Under the pieces are notes generated by a model, which was not told the DNA's origin, did not search any database, and was given only the letters and a program-made list of their open reading frames with translations. A program made the position numbers and the translations under genes. From Octopus sinensis (lineage: Eukaryota), in assembly GCF_006345805.1 (NCBI RefSeq), contig NW_021826825.1, forward strand, positions 1-12,017: 12,017 nt of DNA. The letters run 5' to 3'. Shown in pieces: positions 8,374-12,017 of this stretch. How positions within the stretch are numbered: position 1 is the stretch's first letter; every line of letters begins with the position of its first letter.

Positions 8374-8523
8374 ATGTATGTATATAATATATATGTATGT
8401 ATATATATATATATATATATACACATATGTATATATATGTATGTACATATATGTGTGTGTAAGTAAAGTATGTGCAATATTATATATATATACATATATA
8501 TAATATGTATATATATATATATA

Positions 8524-8556
<33 letters not shown>
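8276..8556. repeat. Compound (TA)/(CA)/(TG)/(TATG) microsatellite
   Basis: Direct reading. Confidence 0.95.
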
Positions 8557-8557
<1 letters not shown>

Positions 8558-8612
8558 CAAACTCTGTTGAATAATTCAGTTCATCACCTTTTCATTCATT
8601 TACTATAACCTG

Positions 8613-8613
<1 letters not shown>

Positions 8614-8645
<32 letters not shown>

Positions 8646-8650
8646 TCTAA

Positions 8651-8711
<61 letters not shown>

Positions 8712-8735
8712 ATCTATCTCTTTCTCTCACTCTCT
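8614..8735. repeat. (CT)n-(CTAT)n-(CT)n microsatellite
   Basis: Direct reading. Confidence 0.96.
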
Positions 8736-8939
8736 CATTAGTTCGCAGAATTAACCTCACACAGACATCTACATAAACACACCACCAATACATTCACAGA
8801 CTCACTCGTGCTGAGACACACATACGCACAACTCACACACTTTTATTGTTTATTCGTTGAAAGACATTTCTTTTCACGTACCAGAAACGATATGGATTGC
8901 TCGAAGACAAGAAGTAGTAAAGCAACAACATTTATATAA

Positions 8940-9030
8940 AGCAGCAACAACAGGAACAACAACAACAACAACAAAACACAACAACAACACAAACTACCTG
9001 GTAACTAACTAATAATAATAATAATAAAAA
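8940..9030. repeat. (CAA)n/(TAA)n short trinucleotide tracts
   Basis: Direct reading. Confidence 0.9.
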
Positions 9031-9199
9031 TATAAACGAAGAACTAAACAAAAAAAGAAACACAATGCAGCAAAACCCTAAAGTAAAATTGTAAAAAAAA
9101 AATGTATAAATGTGATATATATATATATATATTTTTTCTTTTGTTTCACTTTGCTTTTTTTTTCTGTTGTAATAGTTTTGATTGTCTGTTAGAAGAAAG

Positions 9200-9240
9200 G
9201 AATAATAATAATAATAATAATATAATAAATAACAACAACA

Positions 9241-9279
<39 letters not shown>

Positions 9280-9301
9280 TAATAATAATAACAACAACAA
9301 C

Positions 9302-9368
<67 letters not shown>

Positions 9369-9399
9369 TAATGATAATAAAATAATAAATAACAACAAC

Positions 9400-9443
<44 letters not shown>

Positions 9444-9605
9444 TAATAATAATGATGATAATAATAATAATAATAATAATATAATATAATATAATAATAA
9501 TAATAATAATGATATGATATAAGATAATAATACTGATAATAATCATACTAATAATACAACATAATAATATAATAATAATAATACTACTAAATAATAATAA
9601 TAATG

Positions 9606-9645
<40 letters not shown>

Positions 9646-10024
9646 AACAATAATATAATATAATAATAATAATAATAATATAATAATAATAATAATAATA
9701 ACAACAATAATAATAATAATAATAATAAAATAATAATAATTATAATAATAATAATAATAATAATATAATAATATAATAATAATAATAATAATAATTAATA
9801 ATAATAATTTTAAATAATAATAACAATAAGAATAATAATATAATAATAATAATATAACAAACAATAATAATATAATAATATAATAATAATAATAATAATA
9901 ATAACACAACAACAATAATAATAATATAATAATAATAATAATAATATAATAATAATAATAATAACAACACCAATAATAATAATAATAATATAATAATAAT
10001 AATAATAATAATAACAACAACAAC

Positions 10025-10069
<45 letters not shown>

Positions 10070-10130
10070 CAAAAAATATAATAATAATAATAATGAATAA
10101 TAATAATAATAATAATAACAACAACAACAC

Positions 10131-10165
<35 letters not shown>

Positions 10166-10368
10166 TAATAATAAAATAATGATAATAATAATAATAATGA
10201 TAATAATAATAATAATGATGAGAATGATTATGATGATAATAATAATAATGATAATTAATAATAATAATAACAACAACAACAACAATAATAATAATAATAA
10301 TAATAATAATATGATAATAATAATGATAATGATAATAATAATATAATAATAATAATATAATAATAATG

Positions 10369-10429
<61 letters not shown>

Positions 10430-10763
10430 CAACAATAATATGATAATAATAATAATAATAATATAATAATAATAATAATAATAATAATGATAATAATAAT
10501 AATAATAATATAATAATAATAATAATAACAACAACAATAATATTAATAATATAATAATAATAACAACAACAATAATAATAATAATAATAATGATGATAAT
10601 AATAATGATGATGATGATGACGATGATGATGATGATGATGATGATAATAATAATAAAATATAATAATAAATAATAATAATAATAAAAATATAATAATAAT
10701 AAAAATGATAATAATAATAATAATGATAATAATAATAACAACAATAATAATAATAACAACAAC

Positions 10764-10817
<54 letters not shown>

Positions 10818-10932
10818 TATAATTATAATAATATAATAATAAAATAATAATAATGATGTTGATGACGATGATGATGATGATGAGGATGATGATGATGATA
10901 ATAATATAATGATAATTAATAATGACAATGAC

Positions 10933-10963
<31 letters not shown>

Positions 10964-11025
10964 TAATAACATAAATAATAATATAATAATAATAATAATA
11001 TAATAATAATAATAATGATATAATA

Positions 11026-11066
<41 letters not shown>

Positions 11067-11134
11067 TAATAATAATAATAGTAATGATAATAATAATAAT
11101 AAAATAATAACAACAACAACAACAATAACAACAA
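9200..11134. repeat. ~1.9 kb compound (AAT)n tract with AAC and GAT/GAC variant blocks and many phase-shifting indels
   Basis: Direct reading; the poly-I/L/Y/N ORFs are artefacts. Confidence 0.98.
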
Positions 11135-11429
11135 GAACGGAAATTAAATACGGGGAGTTTACTTTTGTTTATAGGGAGATCCGCAATCGATAAGTCAGTA
11201 GCTTCATTATCGATAGTCTTTGATTTGAAATAACACAGAAGAGCGACTTATTAGAGAGAGAGAAATTGACATTATTAAAAAGACAGGGCGAAGCCAACAG
11301 CGTATAACTGTGTGACAATGATGAGTCTTTCCTCTAAACATCCAAATTAACTTTTGAAAGAATAAGTCTTAATGTCTCGAAATAACTCCCAGTGTATTTC
11401 GGGAGTTTGAGTAACAATTAGTGTTAGTT

Positions 11430-11489
11430 TCTCTCTGTCTGTCTGTATGTCTCTCTCTCTCTGTCTCTCTGTCTCTCTCTCTCTCTCTT
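11430..11489. repeat. (CT)n/(CTGT)n microsatellite
   Basis: Direct reading. Confidence 0.93.
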
Positions 11490-11573
11490 CTGTATCTAAT
11501 TAAGGCGGTAATATCAATTGATCAATAAGTTTTACTGCACGGTATTCGGGGACGTCAGTCATTAGTTTATACG

Positions 11574-11824
11574 TGGAGGCGCAATGGACCAGTGGTTAGG
11601 GCAGCGGACTCGCGGTCACTGGATCGCGGTTTCGATTCCCAGACCGGGCGTTGTGAGTGTTTATTGAGCGAAAACACCTAAAAAGCTCCACGAGGATCCG
11701 GCAGGGGATGGTGGTGATCCCTGCTGTACTCTTTCACCACAACTTTCTCTCTCACTCTTACTTCCTGTTTCTGTTGTATCTTGTATTTCAAGGGGCCGGC
11801 CTTGTCACTCTCTGTGTCACGCTG
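11574..11824 (+). mobile_element. tRNA-derived SINE (octopus OR-like), 5' part, well conserved
   Basis: Starts TGGAGGCGCAATGGACCAGTGGTTAGGGCAGCGG, with A box at 11585-11595 and B-box-like GGTTTCGATTCC at 11628-11639. A degenerate CORE-like segment follows, then a module shared with 6187-6236. Confidence 0.88.
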
Positions 11825-12017
11825 GCTCCGGCAGGGGATGGTGGTGATCCCTGCTGTACTCTTTCACCACAACTTTCTCTCTCACTCTTACTTCCTGTTT
11901 CTGTTGTATCTTGTATTTCAAGGGGCCGGCCTTGTCACTCTCTGTGTCACGCTAGCTCCGGCAGGGGATGGTGGTGATCCCTGCTGTACTCTTTCACCAC
12001 AACTTTCTCTCTCACTC
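11697..12017 (+). repeat. 130-bp tandem repeat derived from the SINE body, at least 2.4 copies, running off the window end
   Basis: GCAGGGGATGGTGGTGATCC starts at 11701, 11831 and 11961. Copies 1 and 2 match at 129/130 positions (G11824 vs A11954). Confidence 0.97.

Noticed and set aside
7785-11134. SIYL and poly-I/L/Y/N ORFs up to 378 aa
   Set aside because: They are translations of (GATA)n and (AAT)n microsatellites.
11378-11407. Two overlapping 7-bp stems (CGAAATA/TATTTCG and AACTCCC/GGGAGTT)
   Set aside because: As a pseudoknot it would need zero-length loops, and each stem alone is at chance level.
11574-11645. Possible tRNA gene (also at 6049-6110 and 3320-3394)
   Set aside because: The cloverleafs are incomplete and each head continues into a SINE body.
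11657-11977. 106-aa ORF across the 130-bp array
   Set aside because: It is SINE-derived tandem sequence with no protein features.

Overview
AT-rich, microsatellite-saturated eukaryotic non-coding DNA. It is most likely from an octopod cephalopod (Octopus-like), inferred from the SINE families and repeat density rather than from a search. No intact host gene is supported, and nearly all listed ORFs are translations of simple repeats. Roughly half of the window is microsatellite: (GATA)n, (CATA/CATG)n, (TTG)n and a ~2 kb (AAT)n compound tract. The rest is largely layered retroelement debris. This includes three full-length or near-full-length tRNA-derived SINEs, a fourth whose body became a 130-bp tandem array at the right edge, and two SINE tails. 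There is also a decayed RTE-clade LINE 3' end on the minus strand (1225-1935) that ends in a perfect 17-bp hairpin. A decayed R4/Dong-like RT fragment (6482-7307) is split by a nested, TSD-flanked L1/Tx1-like LINE 3' end. A possible Penelope-like segment with degenerate hammerhead-like motifs lies at 166-490. Family names come from recalled consensus motifs and need Dfam/Repbase/HMM confirmation. I did not find a clearly new biological system. The best leads are the SINE-derived tandem array, the hairpin at the RTE ORF terminus, the nested LINE pair and the hammerhead-like cores.
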